64,000 nt of DNA from an uncultured delta proteobacterium (GTDB taxonomy: Bacteria > Desulfobacterota > Zymogenia > Zymogenales > Zymogenaceae), in assembly GCA_963735595.1 (NCBI GenBank), contig CAVTLK010000001.1:544001-608000 (forward strand). The letters are read 5' to 3'. This document shows positions 29,859 to 38,691 of this stretch, in pieces. The notes beneath the pieces are model-generated. The model made no database searches. It saw nothing but the letters and a program-made list of their open reading frames with translations, and had not been told where the DNA came from. Within the stretch, counting starts at the first letter, position 1, and each line of letters starts with the position of its first letter. The translations under genes were made by a program, and so were the position numbers.

Positions 29859-31030
29859 TGCCGCACCCCTACCATCGTGAATTCATCCCAGCGGTTATTT
29901 TTGATTCCCTCCATGGCCGTCTCGTACATCTCGATGAATTTATCCGGCGGCACGTCCCTGCCGGACAAACCCGCGATAAAAGAGAAGACATTGGGACGGT
30001 TATCGAGGCGGTAGAGGGCCGTCTTGATCTCGGAGGCCAACGGCCCTCCTACCCCCCCCACCGAGAGGGCGCGGTCGACCACCAGGAGGTTCTTGAATTT
30101 TCCGAGTGTGCCGGTGATATCGGCATACGGAAACGGTCGGAAAAGCCTGATTTTAACCAGGCCGACCTTCTTCCCGGCCGTCCTGAGCCTGTCAACGACC
30201 TCCATGCCGAGCTCCCCGTAGCTTCCCATGGTAACGAAGACGGTATCGGCGCCCTCGGTCATGTATTCCTCAACCGGAAGATACCGACGGCCCGTGAGCT
30301 CTCCCCACCGGTCCCATGCCTCCCTGATTACCGTGTACGAATCGCGGATCGCTATCTCGTGGACCATCTTGGTCTCGGTAAAAAGTTCCGGCATCGCGAA
30401 GGCGCCCATCGTGACCGGCCGATCGGGATGCAGCGTATATAGCGGATCAAACGGGGGAAGGAACTCTTTTACGATATCGTTACCGACGGTCTGGTAGGGC
30501 TCAATGACGTGGCTGAGAATAAACCCGTCCATATTAACCGCGACCGGCAGCGACACGCGGCGGTCTTCGGCGATCCGAAACGCGCAGAGCGTCTGATCGA
30601 AGCTCTCCTGTCCGTTCTCGGCAAATATCATGATCCAGCCGCAGTCCCGGTTCGCCATAATGTCGCTCTGATCGTTCCAGATCGACAGCGGCGCCGACAG
30701 CGTCCGGTTGACCACCGTCATAACGATAGGCAGGCGCATGGCCGAGACAATGTAGAGGATCTCGCTCATGAGCTGGAGCCCCTGTGAGCTGGTGGCGGTG
30801 TAGGTGCGGGCGCCCGTTGCCGAGCTGCCGGCGCACGCGCTCATGGCCGAGTGTTCGCTCTCCACGCAGATATACTCCGCGTCGAGGTGGCCGTCGGCCA
30901 CCAACTCCGAGAGATGCTCAACGATATGGGTCTGGGGCGTGATGGGGTAGGCCGCGATGACGTCCACGTCGGCGAGCTTGACCGCCTCCGACACCATGAG
31001 GGAGACCTCCAAACCGATACGCTTGGCCAT
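29855..31030 (-). CDS. porA: Pyruvate/2-oxoacid:ferredoxin oxidoreductase alpha subunit
   Basis: AAYPITPQT, VESEHSAMS, TATSSQGL, FRPFP, GLSGRD. GGAGG RBS before ATG 31030. Confidence 0.93.
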   Translation of the reverse strand: MAKRIGLEVSLMVSEAVKLADVDVIAAYPITPQTHIVEHLSELVADGHLDAEYICVESEHSAMSACAGSSATGARTYTATSSQGLQLMSEILYIVSAMRLPIVMTVVNRTLSAPLSIWNDQSDIMANRDCGWIMIFAENGQESFDQTLCAFRIAEDRRVSLPVAVNMDGFILSHVIEPYQTVGNDIVKEFLPPFDPLYTLHPDRPVTMGAFAMPELFTETKMVHEIAIRDSYTVIREAWDRWGELTGRRYLPVEEYMTEGADTVFVTMGSYGELGMEVVDRLRTAGKKVGLVKIRLFRPFPYADITGTLGKFKNLLVVDRALSVGGVGGPLASEIKTALYRLDNRPNVFSFIAGLSGRDVPPDKFIEMYETAMEGIKNNRWDEFTMVGVRQ

Positions 31031-31323
31031 CAGACCACCTCCTCCACCAACGTAATACACTGCGTGACGCATTCGTGGGCGCAGATACCGCATCCCTTAC
31101 AGTATTCGTAATCGGCGATAAAATAACCGCCTTCCTTTCTCATAATGGCATTGTCCGGACAAAAATTCCAGCAGACGCCGCACTTGATGCACTTCTGCTC
31201 GTTCCATACGGGCCGCTGCGACTTCCAGTCTCCGGTATGATAGACAACCGCGTTGCCCGGCTCATCAATAACGCTTCCCGGATTGAGGTCCGCGACCTTG
31301 TATTCTTCCATCGGCTTGGGCAC
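31030..31323 (-). CDS. porD: POR delta (ferredoxin-like) subunit
   Basis: TGDWKSQRP, CIKCGVCWNFCP, CKGCGICAHEC. Confidence 0.93.
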   Translation of the reverse strand: MPKPMEEYKVADLNPGSVIDEPGNAVVYHTGDWKSQRPVWNEQKCIKCGVCWNFCPDNAIMRKEGGYFIADYEYCKGCGICAHECVTQCITLVEEVV

Positions 31324-31326
31324 TGG

Positions 31327-31875
31327 CTATACCTCCGTCTTGGTTTCGGTCATCGCCCGTTTCATAACGGCGATATTTTTCTCCGCGATTTTACCGAACC
31401 GATTCTTGAGGGGCTCTATGAGATGTTCTTCTTCGACCACGTCCGTTACGGCCAGGAGGGCCCCGAGCATCGTCGTATTGGTGATGGGCAGGCCCAGCAC
31501 CTCTCTGGCGATGGCCGTTGCATCCACGACCGCCATGCGGACGGTAAAGCCGTACTGCTTTCTCAGATCGGCAATCCCTCTATGGCTGTTGATGATGAGG
31601 ATTCCCCCCTCTTTGAGTCCCTTCGCAGGGTTGACAATAGCAAGGAGGCTTGGGTCCAGCACAACCGCCACGTCGGGCGTATAAATCTTAGTCCTGAGCC
31701 TTATCGGCTTGGTGTCTATACGGGCAAATGCCACAACCGGCGCACCTCGCCTCTCCGGGCCGAAATTCGGGAACGCCTGGGCGTATTTGCCTTCTCCGAT
31801 AGCGGCCAGCGCCAGCATCTCGGCCGACGTCACCGCACCCTGCCCGCCCCTCCCGTGGAAGATAATCTCGATCAC
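31327..31875 (-). CDS. porC: POR gamma subunit
   Basis: HGRGGQGAVT, FPNFGPERRGAPV, NTTMLGA. Confidence 0.93.
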   Translation of the reverse strand: MIEIIFHGRGGQGAVTSAEMLALAAIGEGKYAQAFPNFGPERRGAPVVAFARIDTKPIRLRTKIYTPDVAVVLDPSLLAIVNPAKGLKEGGILIINSHRGIADLRKQYGFTVRMAVVDATAIAREVLGLPITNTTMLGALLAVTDVVEEEHLIEPLKNRFGKIAEKNIAVMKRAMTETKTEV

Positions 31876-32009
31876 GTCTCCTCCTCACCCGGCATCACCA
31901 CAGGAAAAGATGCCGCAGGTTAGTCGCACTTACCATAAAAGAGATGATATCTAATACCAGAACCTCTTTTTTGTCAAGCGAAAAGGAACCTAATTCGCTC
32001 ATATCTCCG

Positions 32010-32606
32010 TTATAGTTCCCGGCGGTTTGTCAAGGCCGCCGTCAGCGTCTGGGAATCAAAATATTCGAGATCTCCTCCGGCCGGAAGCCCCTGAGCAATT
32101 CGGGTGACCCGGACGTCCGTATCCTCAAGCCGCTGGCGTATCAGGTGCGAGGTCAGCTCCCCTTCCTTTGTCGGGTTGGTGGCGATTATGACCTCCCGCA
32201 CCCCTTCGGCGGTAACACGGTGCCTCAGTTCCTCGATCCTTAGCTCGTCTACCCCGGTATTGGTTATCGGGGAGACCAGACCGCCCAGGACATGGTAGAC
32301 CCCCTTGAACGACCCGCTCTTCTCCAGCGCGACAAGATCCCGCGGCTCCTCGAGAACACAGATGATCGACCGGTCCCTCCTGGGGTCGGTGCAGATCGGG
32401 CACGGGTCTGTTTCGGTCAGGTTATAGCATACCGAACAGACCTTGATGCGTTCTTTTACCTCGATAATAGTCTGCGCGATGAGCCGCGCATCCCTGCCCG
32501 TCATTCCGATGATGAAATAGGCAAATCGCTGCGCGGTCTTTTCGCCGACGCCGGGTAAGCGCCTGAGGGCGTCCATGAGGTTCTTTATCGGGTCTTCCCG
32601 GATCAT
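32010..32606 (-). CDS. recR: Recombination mediator RecR
   Basis: LPGVGEKTAQR, C4 zinc finger, YHVLGG, toprim ATNPTKEG. Confidence 0.96.
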   Translation of the reverse strand: MIREDPIKNLMDALRRLPGVGEKTAQRFAYFIIGMTGRDARLIAQTIIEVKERIKVCSVCYNLTETDPCPICTDPRRDRSIICVLEEPRDLVALEKSGSFKGVYHVLGGLVSPITNTGVDELRIEELRHRVTAEGVREVIIATNPTKEGELTSHLIRQRLEDTDVRVTRIAQGLPAGGDLEYFDSQTLTAALTNRREL

Positions 32607-32609
32607 CGA

Positions 32610-32936
32610 CTATCCGGTAAGTCCCGGGATGGGCAGTCCCCCCGTTACCTTGGCCATTTCGCTCTTTGTCATTTCCTGCGCCTTTGCGATTCCCTCGTTG
32701 ACGGCCGCCAGCACCAGATCCTGAAGCATCTCGATATCCCCGGGATCGACCACGTCTTTTTCAATCTTTATGGACACAAGCTCCAGCCGTCCGCTGACCA
32801 CCACGGTAACCATGCCGCCCCCTGATGTCGCCTCTACGGTCTTTGTCGCTAATTCTTCCTGTATCCGCAGCAGTTCTTGCTGCATCTTCTGGGCCTGTTT
32901 CATGATATCACCCAGGCCGCCGCCCATCCTGACCAT
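32610..32936 (-). CDS. ybaB: YbaB/EbfC nucleoid-associated protein
   Basis: MKQAQKMQ, SGGGMV, DIEMLQDLVLAAVNE; lies between dnaX and recR. Confidence 0.95.
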   Translation of the reverse strand: MVRMGGGLGDIMKQAQKMQQELLRIQEELATKTVEATSGGGMVTVVVSGRLELVSIKIEKDVVDPGDIEMLQDLVLAAVNEGIAKAQEMTKSEMAKVTGGLPIPGLTG

Positions 32937-32953
32937 AGCCGCCTCCTATTGTC

Positions 32954-34619
32954 CTATTTCTTACGGGGGGTATACCCTTCGATTGTCGCCTCGGAAAATA
33001 CTCTTCTTGACGTTCTGTGCCGTTTTTGATTCAACGATTTGCGTATATGTATCGCCGCCTTCCGAAACCGCCGGCGGAGCTTCGTCTGCCGGAGTATCGA
33101 ATTGCCCGTCGACACCGACCAGCGAAACGGATAAGCTCCCGTTTGAAATACTCGTAAAACTCCTTCTGTATCTTCTCGAACCGTATCCCTGCCCGAGACG
33201 AGGTGGAGGTATTTCTTGGGCAGCTCAATGACGGCTGTAGTCCCCTCAACTCGTATGGAAACCGCGTAGACGAGGTACGAATGAATGACCGGGTCCCTGC
33301 CCGCGAGATAGGAGAGAAATCCCTTTATCTGATCCTGCTCCGATCTCCCCGCCCTTAGCAGGCATCGTCCCCGTCTCCGGCTTTTCGGAGGGTATGCGTT
33401 GCCCTCCGAGGGACGCACGGGAAGGTTCGGTCTTGGGCTCAAATTCGAATGATAACGAGCCCGCCGCGGCACCCTCGGGAGCCTGACCCCCCAATCGGGA
33501 GAGCTTCTCGATGACGTCCGTAATCGACTCAACCGATCCGGCACGGGCCATCTTTATGAGCACCAGTTCCATCGCGATTCTCGGGTCACTGCTGTTCTTG
33601 ATGGAATACTCCGCCGAAAACAATATGTTGAATATCTGTGTCAATTCATCGATCGAGAGCGGCTGGCCGACCGCGGTCAGCTCCTCGCGCTCTTCGTTTG
33701 TCAGGTCGGGAGTCGATATCGTCGGGGCCGCCTTAATGAGGAGCAGGTTACGCATCAGCTCAACCAGCTCTCGATAGTACTGTATGATGTCGTATCCCTG
33801 GGTATAGACCTCCGCAAGATTGTGGATCGCCAGGGAAGCGTCGTATCGCGCCACCGCCTCGATCATCTTGAAAAGGAGTGCGCGGTCTGTAAGGCCGAGC
33901 ACCTCGCGTACTGCTTCTTCCGAGATCGAGTCGCCCGAATAACCAATGACCTGATCCATGAGGCTCTGGGCATCCCGCATGCTGCCGGCGGCTTCCCGTG
34001 ATATGATGGTAAGCGCCCCCTGGGCCGCGGTGATCCCCTCCTTCTGGGCGATATCGGCAAGCCGGCTCATGATATCTTTTGCGGCGATTCTCTTGAAATC
34101 GAAACGCTGAGTTCGCGAGAGAATCGTCACCGGGATCTTATGGGATTCGGTGGTGGCAAAGATAAAGATGACATGCGCCGGAGGTTCCTCGAGGATCTTG
34201 AGTAACGCGTTAAACGCGTTGATCGACAGCATGTGAACTTCGTCGATGATATAGATGTTATAACGTCCTGCCGACGGCAGATACCGAACGTTCTCCCTGA
34301 GCTCCCGGATATCGTCTACTCCAGTATTCGAGGCCCCGTCGATCTCGTAGACGTCCGTCACGTTTCCGTCAACGATTCCCCGGCACATGGGGCATTCGTT
34401 GCAGGGTTCCGGCGTGGGGCCCTTCTGGCAGTTGAGCGCCTTTGCCAGTAGTCGGGCGATCGTGGTCTTGCCTACTCCCCGGGGACCTGAAAAGAGGTAC
34501 GCGTGAGCGATTCTCTCCTGCGTGATAGCGTTTTTCAGGGTACGGGTCACGTGGCTCTGCCCGACCACCTCTTCGAAGGTCTGGGGACGATATTTTCGGG
34601 CGATAACAAGGTATGACAT
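32954..34619 (-). CDS. dnaX: DNA polymerase III gamma/tau subunit; 3' end broken by about 4 indels (33.0-33.4 kb)
   Basis: ARKYRPQTF, GPRGVGKTT, EIDGASNTGVDDIR, IDEVHML. C-terminal tau-like segments (GFLSYLAGRDPVIHSYL, FEKIQKEFYEYFKREL, VFSEATIEGYTPRKK*) lie in shifting frames. Confidence 0.9.
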
Positions 34620-34642
34620 CTATGTAACTAAAAACGGATATG

Positions 34643-34750
34643 TGTGATAGCTAGGCGCCCCTGCGGCACATAGAGAGGTCCTCTACCGCTGCTTCCTTCC
34701 GGACCTGGCGGGGTTCGAGGGCATCTATTGCACAGGACCCAGCTATCACA
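34643..34750 (-). ncRNA. ffs: Signal recognition particle RNA (4.5S)
   Basis: Conserved domain IV CCAGGTCCGGAAGGAAGCAGC within a long hairpin, at the usual position upstream of dnaX. Confidence 0.95.
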
Positions 34751-34774
34751 GATATCCGTTTTTGATTGGTTTTG

Positions 34775-34865
34775 TGGCGGAGAGAGTGGGGTTCGAACCC
34801 ACGGTGCGCTATTAACGCACACACGATTTCCGGTCGTGCTCCTTCAGCCGCTCGGACATCTCTCC
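34775..34865 (-). tRNA. tRNA-Ser(GGA)
   Basis: GGAGAGATGTCCGAGCGG...CACGA-CCGGAAA-TCGTG, long variable arm, GTTCGAACCC, GCCA end. Has C at position 33. Confidence 0.92.
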
Positions 34866-34991
34866 GTTAAATCGTTTCTTACCTGAATATCTGTCTACAC
34901 CGGGCTCTCGCGGTAACGATCCCAACCATCTAAATACCGAGAAGGTCCTTCGGGCCTTCTCGGGTGCCGGCGGTCCGCTAAATCAAGTGTG

Positions 34992-35085
34992 TGGCGGAGA
35001 GGGTGGGATTCGAACCCACGTGGGGGGTATGAGCCCCCAAGCCGATTTCGAGTCGGCCCCGTTACGACCACTTCGGTACCTCTCC
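34992..35085 (-). tRNA. tRNA-Ser(CGA)
   Basis: GGAGAGGTACCGAAGTGG...GCCGA-CTCGAAA-TCGGC, long variable arm, GTTCGAATCC, GCCA end. Confidence 0.96.
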
Positions 35086-35093
35086 CTGTTACC

Positions 35094-35576
35094 TCATCGC
35101 TTCTCTCTAAAAAAACGCGCAACAAGTGTTCGCGACTCTTCCTCGAGGATCCCCGCCGTTACCTCCACGCGGTGATTGAGCCGATCGTCACCCAACAGCT
35201 TATGGAGAGAATCAACGGCCCCCGCTTTGGGATCAGGCGCCCCATAAAAGAGCCTGTCCACCCGCGCCTGTATGATTGCCCCCGCGCACATTGCGCAGGG
35301 CTCGACGGTTACATAAAGGTCTACGCCGGTAAGCCGGTAGTTCCCGAGCTTTTGCGCGGCCTGCCTGAGCGCGACGACCTCGGCGTGGGCCGTGGGATCA
35401 GCATCGCCGATGACACGGTTAGAGCCCCTGCCGATTATCCGCCCTCCCATCACCGCCACCGCGCCGATGGGGACTTCCCCCTGCCCCAGCGCCCGTTCGG
35501 CCTCCCGCAACGCCTCTCGCATGAACGATGCCGGACGTTGCGAGGGTCCTTCCTCATAATCGCCTGTCGTCCCCAT
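35094..35576 (-). CDS. tadA: tRNA adenosine(34) deaminase
   Basis: [35 protein letters not shown]. Start uncertain. Confidence 0.94.
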   Translation of the reverse strand: MGTTGDYEEGPSQRPASFMREALREAERALGQGEVPIGAVAVMGGRIIGRGSNRVIGDADPTAHAEVVALRQAAQKLGNYRLTGVDLYVTVEPCAMCAGAIIQARVDRLFYGAPDPKAGAVDSLHKLLGDDRLNHRVEVTAGILEEESRTLVARFFREKR

Positions 35577-35745
35577 CGTCAGCACCCGGCATCGGCGCCC
35601 CTCACATGCCCCCGCGCTCTCGGTGGAGTAAACGCCGCGCAATTACAGCAGTATATCAAATATCAACGCCGTTTCAAGCGAAATAGATCATCCTACCCCA
35701 CCCGACCGTCCGGTATCGTTTGCCGATCCTCCGACGTTTTGAAAG

Positions 35746-35823
35746 TGGTGCGCCCGGCAGGATTTGAACCTGCGGCCTACAGATTCGTAGTCTGGCGCTC
35801 TATCCGGGCTGAGCTACGGGCGC
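35746..35823 (-). tRNA. tRNA-Arg(ACG)
   Basis: GCGCCCGTAGCTCAGCCCGGATAGAGCGCCAGACT-ACG-AATCTG...GTTCAAATCC...GGGCGCACCA. Confidence 0.96.
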
Positions 35824-36004
35824 ATTCAGTATGAATGGTAGATTGTAACCTCTACCGTATATATTGTCAATACGAGAGTTGCGAAAATTGTATAGATAGG
35901 TACGGTTACAGTGGACGGGTTTGATGTCGTAAGGCCCCGGACAGGTTGATGAGGTGAGCTTATGAGAGGTTCATCGGATCGGCCCGGGGCCCGGGACGCT
36001 GTTC

Positions 36005-36154
36005 TTATACGAAATAGCGCGGCAGCATGTGCGGCAGCGCCCGTATCTGTTGTTTGAGGAAGACCCTCTTGGCTTTACTCATCAACAGGTACCGAACCCA
36101 GCCCAGCAGGGCAATCCCCACGATAACCGCAATGATAATCAACAGGATTTTCAT
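36005..36154 (-). CDS. 49-aa single-pass membrane peptide (not in ORF track)
   Basis: GGAGG RBS, then MKILLIIIAVIVGIALLGWVRYLLMSKAKRVFLKQQIRALPHMLPRYFV*; starts 13 nt after the oxidoreductase stop. Confidence 0.7.
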   Translation of the reverse strand: MKILLIIIAVIVGIALLGWVRYLLMSKAKRVFLKQQIRALPHMLPRYFV

Positions 36155-36167
36155 ATCTGCCTCCACA

Positions 36168-37673
36168 TCAGCTGTTTTGCTCGTATGTTTTGATAAGCTC
36201 TGCCGCGATCACCGAGGAACAGATGACCGTGGGCAGGCCGCCGCCCGGATGCGTCGATGCCCCCACGAGATACAGCCCCTGGATGCTCTTTGATTTGGCC
36301 GATGGCCTGAAGACCCCTGAATGACCCATGTCCTGGGCGAGCTGATAGATTCCACCTTCGGGCGCCAGGAGGTCCCGCTCGAAATCTCGGGGCGTGCCCA
36401 GCATCGCGACCGTTACGTGTTTTTTCATCCCCGGCAGGTATTTCTTCGTGAAGTAATCGACGTACTGCTCCGTCAGGGAGTGCTTGAGGTTGTCCCAGTC
36501 GGTCCCGGCCAGGTGATACGGGCCGAACAGCGTCATCACGATCGTGTGGTGGCCCGTGGGCGCCATGCCGGGGTCCGAGTGGGTCTTCCAGCTGATGAGG
36601 CCGACCTGCCGGTCGGGGAGCCGCTTCTCGACGATCATCTGGTGGAAGAAGAGATCGAACTCTTCCGGCGTGGCCGTCAGAATGGTGTGATGCGACTTGA
36701 GAGGCGGCGCGGTATCGAGCCCAAGGAAAAACATGAGGGCCGAGGGAGAGTTTTTCAGGCTCTTGACACCACGGCGCGCCATCGGCCCCAGGTGCTCCAG
36801 CCCGATCAGGTCGGTATAGAGGGTCTTGGCGCTGATGTCCGAAACGACGACGTCTGCCGTGATCGTTGTTTTGTCGGAAAGGACCACACCGGACGCCCGC
36901 TTGTCTTTTACGATGATCTTTTTGACCAGCGTCTTCGTGCGAAATTCCATACCGGCCTTCTTGCTCACCCGAAGTATCGCCTCGGGCACGGCGATAAGGC
37001 CGCCCTTGCTGTAGTAGAAATCGTTGTGTTCGTTCCACGGCAGGATGGAAAAAACGCCGGGGACAAGGGTGGGCGGCATCCCCATGAACGTACCCTGGAA
37101 TGCGAGCATTTCACGAACGACGGGGTGCTTGAAATATTTATCCATAACCATCTGGTAGCTGGAGCCGAACAGCGAGCGGTACTTCAAGAGTTTCGGCTGC
37201 TCCTTGAACATCCCGACCATATCGCCGAGCGTGAGCATGGGGGCATAGAAGTACGCGGGGATTACCGCACTGAAAAATTCCCCCATGTCTTCGCAGTACC
37301 GGACCCATCCGTCGGCGTCGGCCGGCGAGAGCTTCCTGAATTCCTCGGCGACCGCCCGGCTTGGGGACGGGTATTTGACCTCGGAGCCGTCCCTGAGGAT
37401 ATAGGTATAGACCGGATCGATGGGAATCAGCCCAACTTCCTTGGCCAGGGATGTCCCCATGCGCGTGAAGAACTGGTCAATGACCTGCTCCATCTCGATG
37501 ATGGACGTACCAACGTCAAACCGGTATCCCTTGTGTTCGAACGTGGAACAAAAACCCCCGATTCGCTCGTTTTGCTCCAGGACGAGTGTCTTCCTGCCCT
37601 CTTTGGCCAGGAGCCCGCCGACGGCAAGGCCCGCGACCCCTCCTCCGATAACGATAACGTCATAGTCGGACAT
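36168..37673 (-). CDS. Phytoene desaturase (CrtI)-family FAD-dependent oxidoreductase
   Basis: VIGGGVAGL dinucleotide motif, GYRFDVG, YSKGG, DPGMAP.G, LYLVGASTHPGGGLP. Confidence 0.88.
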   Translation of the reverse strand: MSDYDVIVIGGGVAGLAVGGLLAKEGRKTLVLEQNERIGGFCSTFEHKGYRFDVGTSIIEMEQVIDQFFTRMGTSLAKEVGLIPIDPVYTYILRDGSEVKYPSPSRAVAEEFRKLSPADADGWVRYCEDMGEFFSAVIPAYFYAPMLTLGDMVGMFKEQPKLLKYRSLFGSSYQMVMDKYFKHPVVREMLAFQGTFMGMPPTLVPGVFSILPWNEHNDFYYSKGGLIAVPEAILRVSKKAGMEFRTKTLVKKIIVKDKRASGVVLSDKTTITADVVVSDISAKTLYTDLIGLEHLGPMARRGVKSLKNSPSALMFFLGLDTAPPLKSHHTILTATPEEFDLFFHQMIVEKRLPDRQVGLISWKTHSDPGMAPTGHHTIVMTLFGPYHLAGTDWDNLKHSLTEQYVDYFTKKYLPGMKKHVTVAMLGTPRDFERDLLAPEGGIYQLAQDMGHSGVFRPSAKSKSIQGLYLVGASTHPGGGLPTVICSSVIAAELIKTYEQNS

Positions 37674-37733
37674 ACGTTACTCCTCTATGAATTCAGTATA
37701 ACGACCATACTTCGCGTGAACCGCAAAAAATAG

Positions 37734-38372
37734 CTATTTCTGCGCCGGCCTGCCGCCTCCGGTCATCATCAGGTCAATTATCATTTTCCTGAAATAAACA
37801 ATGAAACGGGGAAAATCCGTCGTTTCCCGCGCAATCAGGTACGACATCGAAAACCCGTTTGCCATCGCTACCATCATCGAGGCCAGGACCTGAAGATCCA
37901 CCTCGAGCGATAGCCCTTCTTCATCCCGCGCCCTGCTCAGGGCTTGGGCCGTCAGATCCCGGATGCGGACGTGCTGTGAGAACACGTCGCGGGTACCGGC
38001 CGGATTCTTAATGCCCAGGAGCGTCAGCTCCATTACCACGACAAACCAGTCCGGGTTCTCCCGTATGTACGAATAGAACGCGTCAAACAGCATCCCGATC
38101 TTCTCTTCCAGCGGCGCCGGCCGTTCGAAGATCGAAATGGCCCTCCCCAGATACTCCGACATCGCGAAGTCATAGATCTCCCCCACCAGCGCGTCCTTGT
38201 CCTTGAAGTAGTAGTGGAGGAGCGCCTTGCTGATCCCTGCCTCCTTGGCGATATCGGCAAGGGATACGTTCACGAATCCCTTGCGGCCCATGATCCCGTA
38301 AGCGGCCCGGATGATCGTCTCCACCCGTTCGCTTTTTTTGGTCCCATTTTCTAAAACGGTCTGTTTCGTCAT
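37734..38372 (-). CDS. TetR/AcrR family regulator
   Basis: KGF..VSLADIAKEAGISKALLHYYFKDKD helix-turn-helix. Confidence 0.93.
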   Translation of the reverse strand: MTKQTVLENGTKKSERVETIIRAAYGIMGRKGFVNVSLADIAKEAGISKALLHYYFKDKDALVGEIYDFAMSEYLGRAISIFERPAPLEEKIGMLFDAFYSYIRENPDWFVVVMELTLLGIKNPAGTRDVFSQHVRIRDLTAQALSRARDEEGLSLEVDLQVLASMMVAMANGFSMSYLIARETTDFPRFIVYFRKMIIDLMMTGGGRPAQK

Positions 38373-38403
38373 AGCGGCACCCTCTCCGTACGAGCAGCAA
38401 TCC

Positions 38404-38455
38404 TGACTGGCCGGCCAATCAAGATTATGCTACAAAAAAATGCATCCCGTGTCAA
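38404..38455 (-). promoter_or_regulatory. tetR promoter with overlapping palindromic operator
   Basis: TTGACA-17 nt-TAGCAT (38455-38427), followed by the 18-bp near-palindrome TGACTGGCCGGCCAATCA (38404-38421, one mismatch). Confidence 0.65.
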
Positions 38456-38691
38456 GAGAATATGCGATCCTGCCGGCATGCTATTTTGTTTTATGATGTA
38501 TATGATCGCCGTCTCACCCGGTCAGCCAACGTCCTGCGCGGTATCGCCCCGTGCCGGGCCAGGTCTCCCTCAAAATGGATAAAAGCCCATGCGCGTGCTT
38601 TTCGCGACATTCGATGTCCTGCCGCCCAATGACGGACAGGCCTGTTTTTGTTGTACCGCCTTGCATACCCTGTTATCCCCTGCCCCTTCCG

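Noticed and set aside
36321..37733. Long plus-strand ORF (470 aa), and similar long ORFs such as 18629-19912 (+), 17427-18428 (+) and 56554-57963 (-)
   Set aside because: Antisense shadows of well-supported genes in GC-rich DNA; no motifs or RBS.
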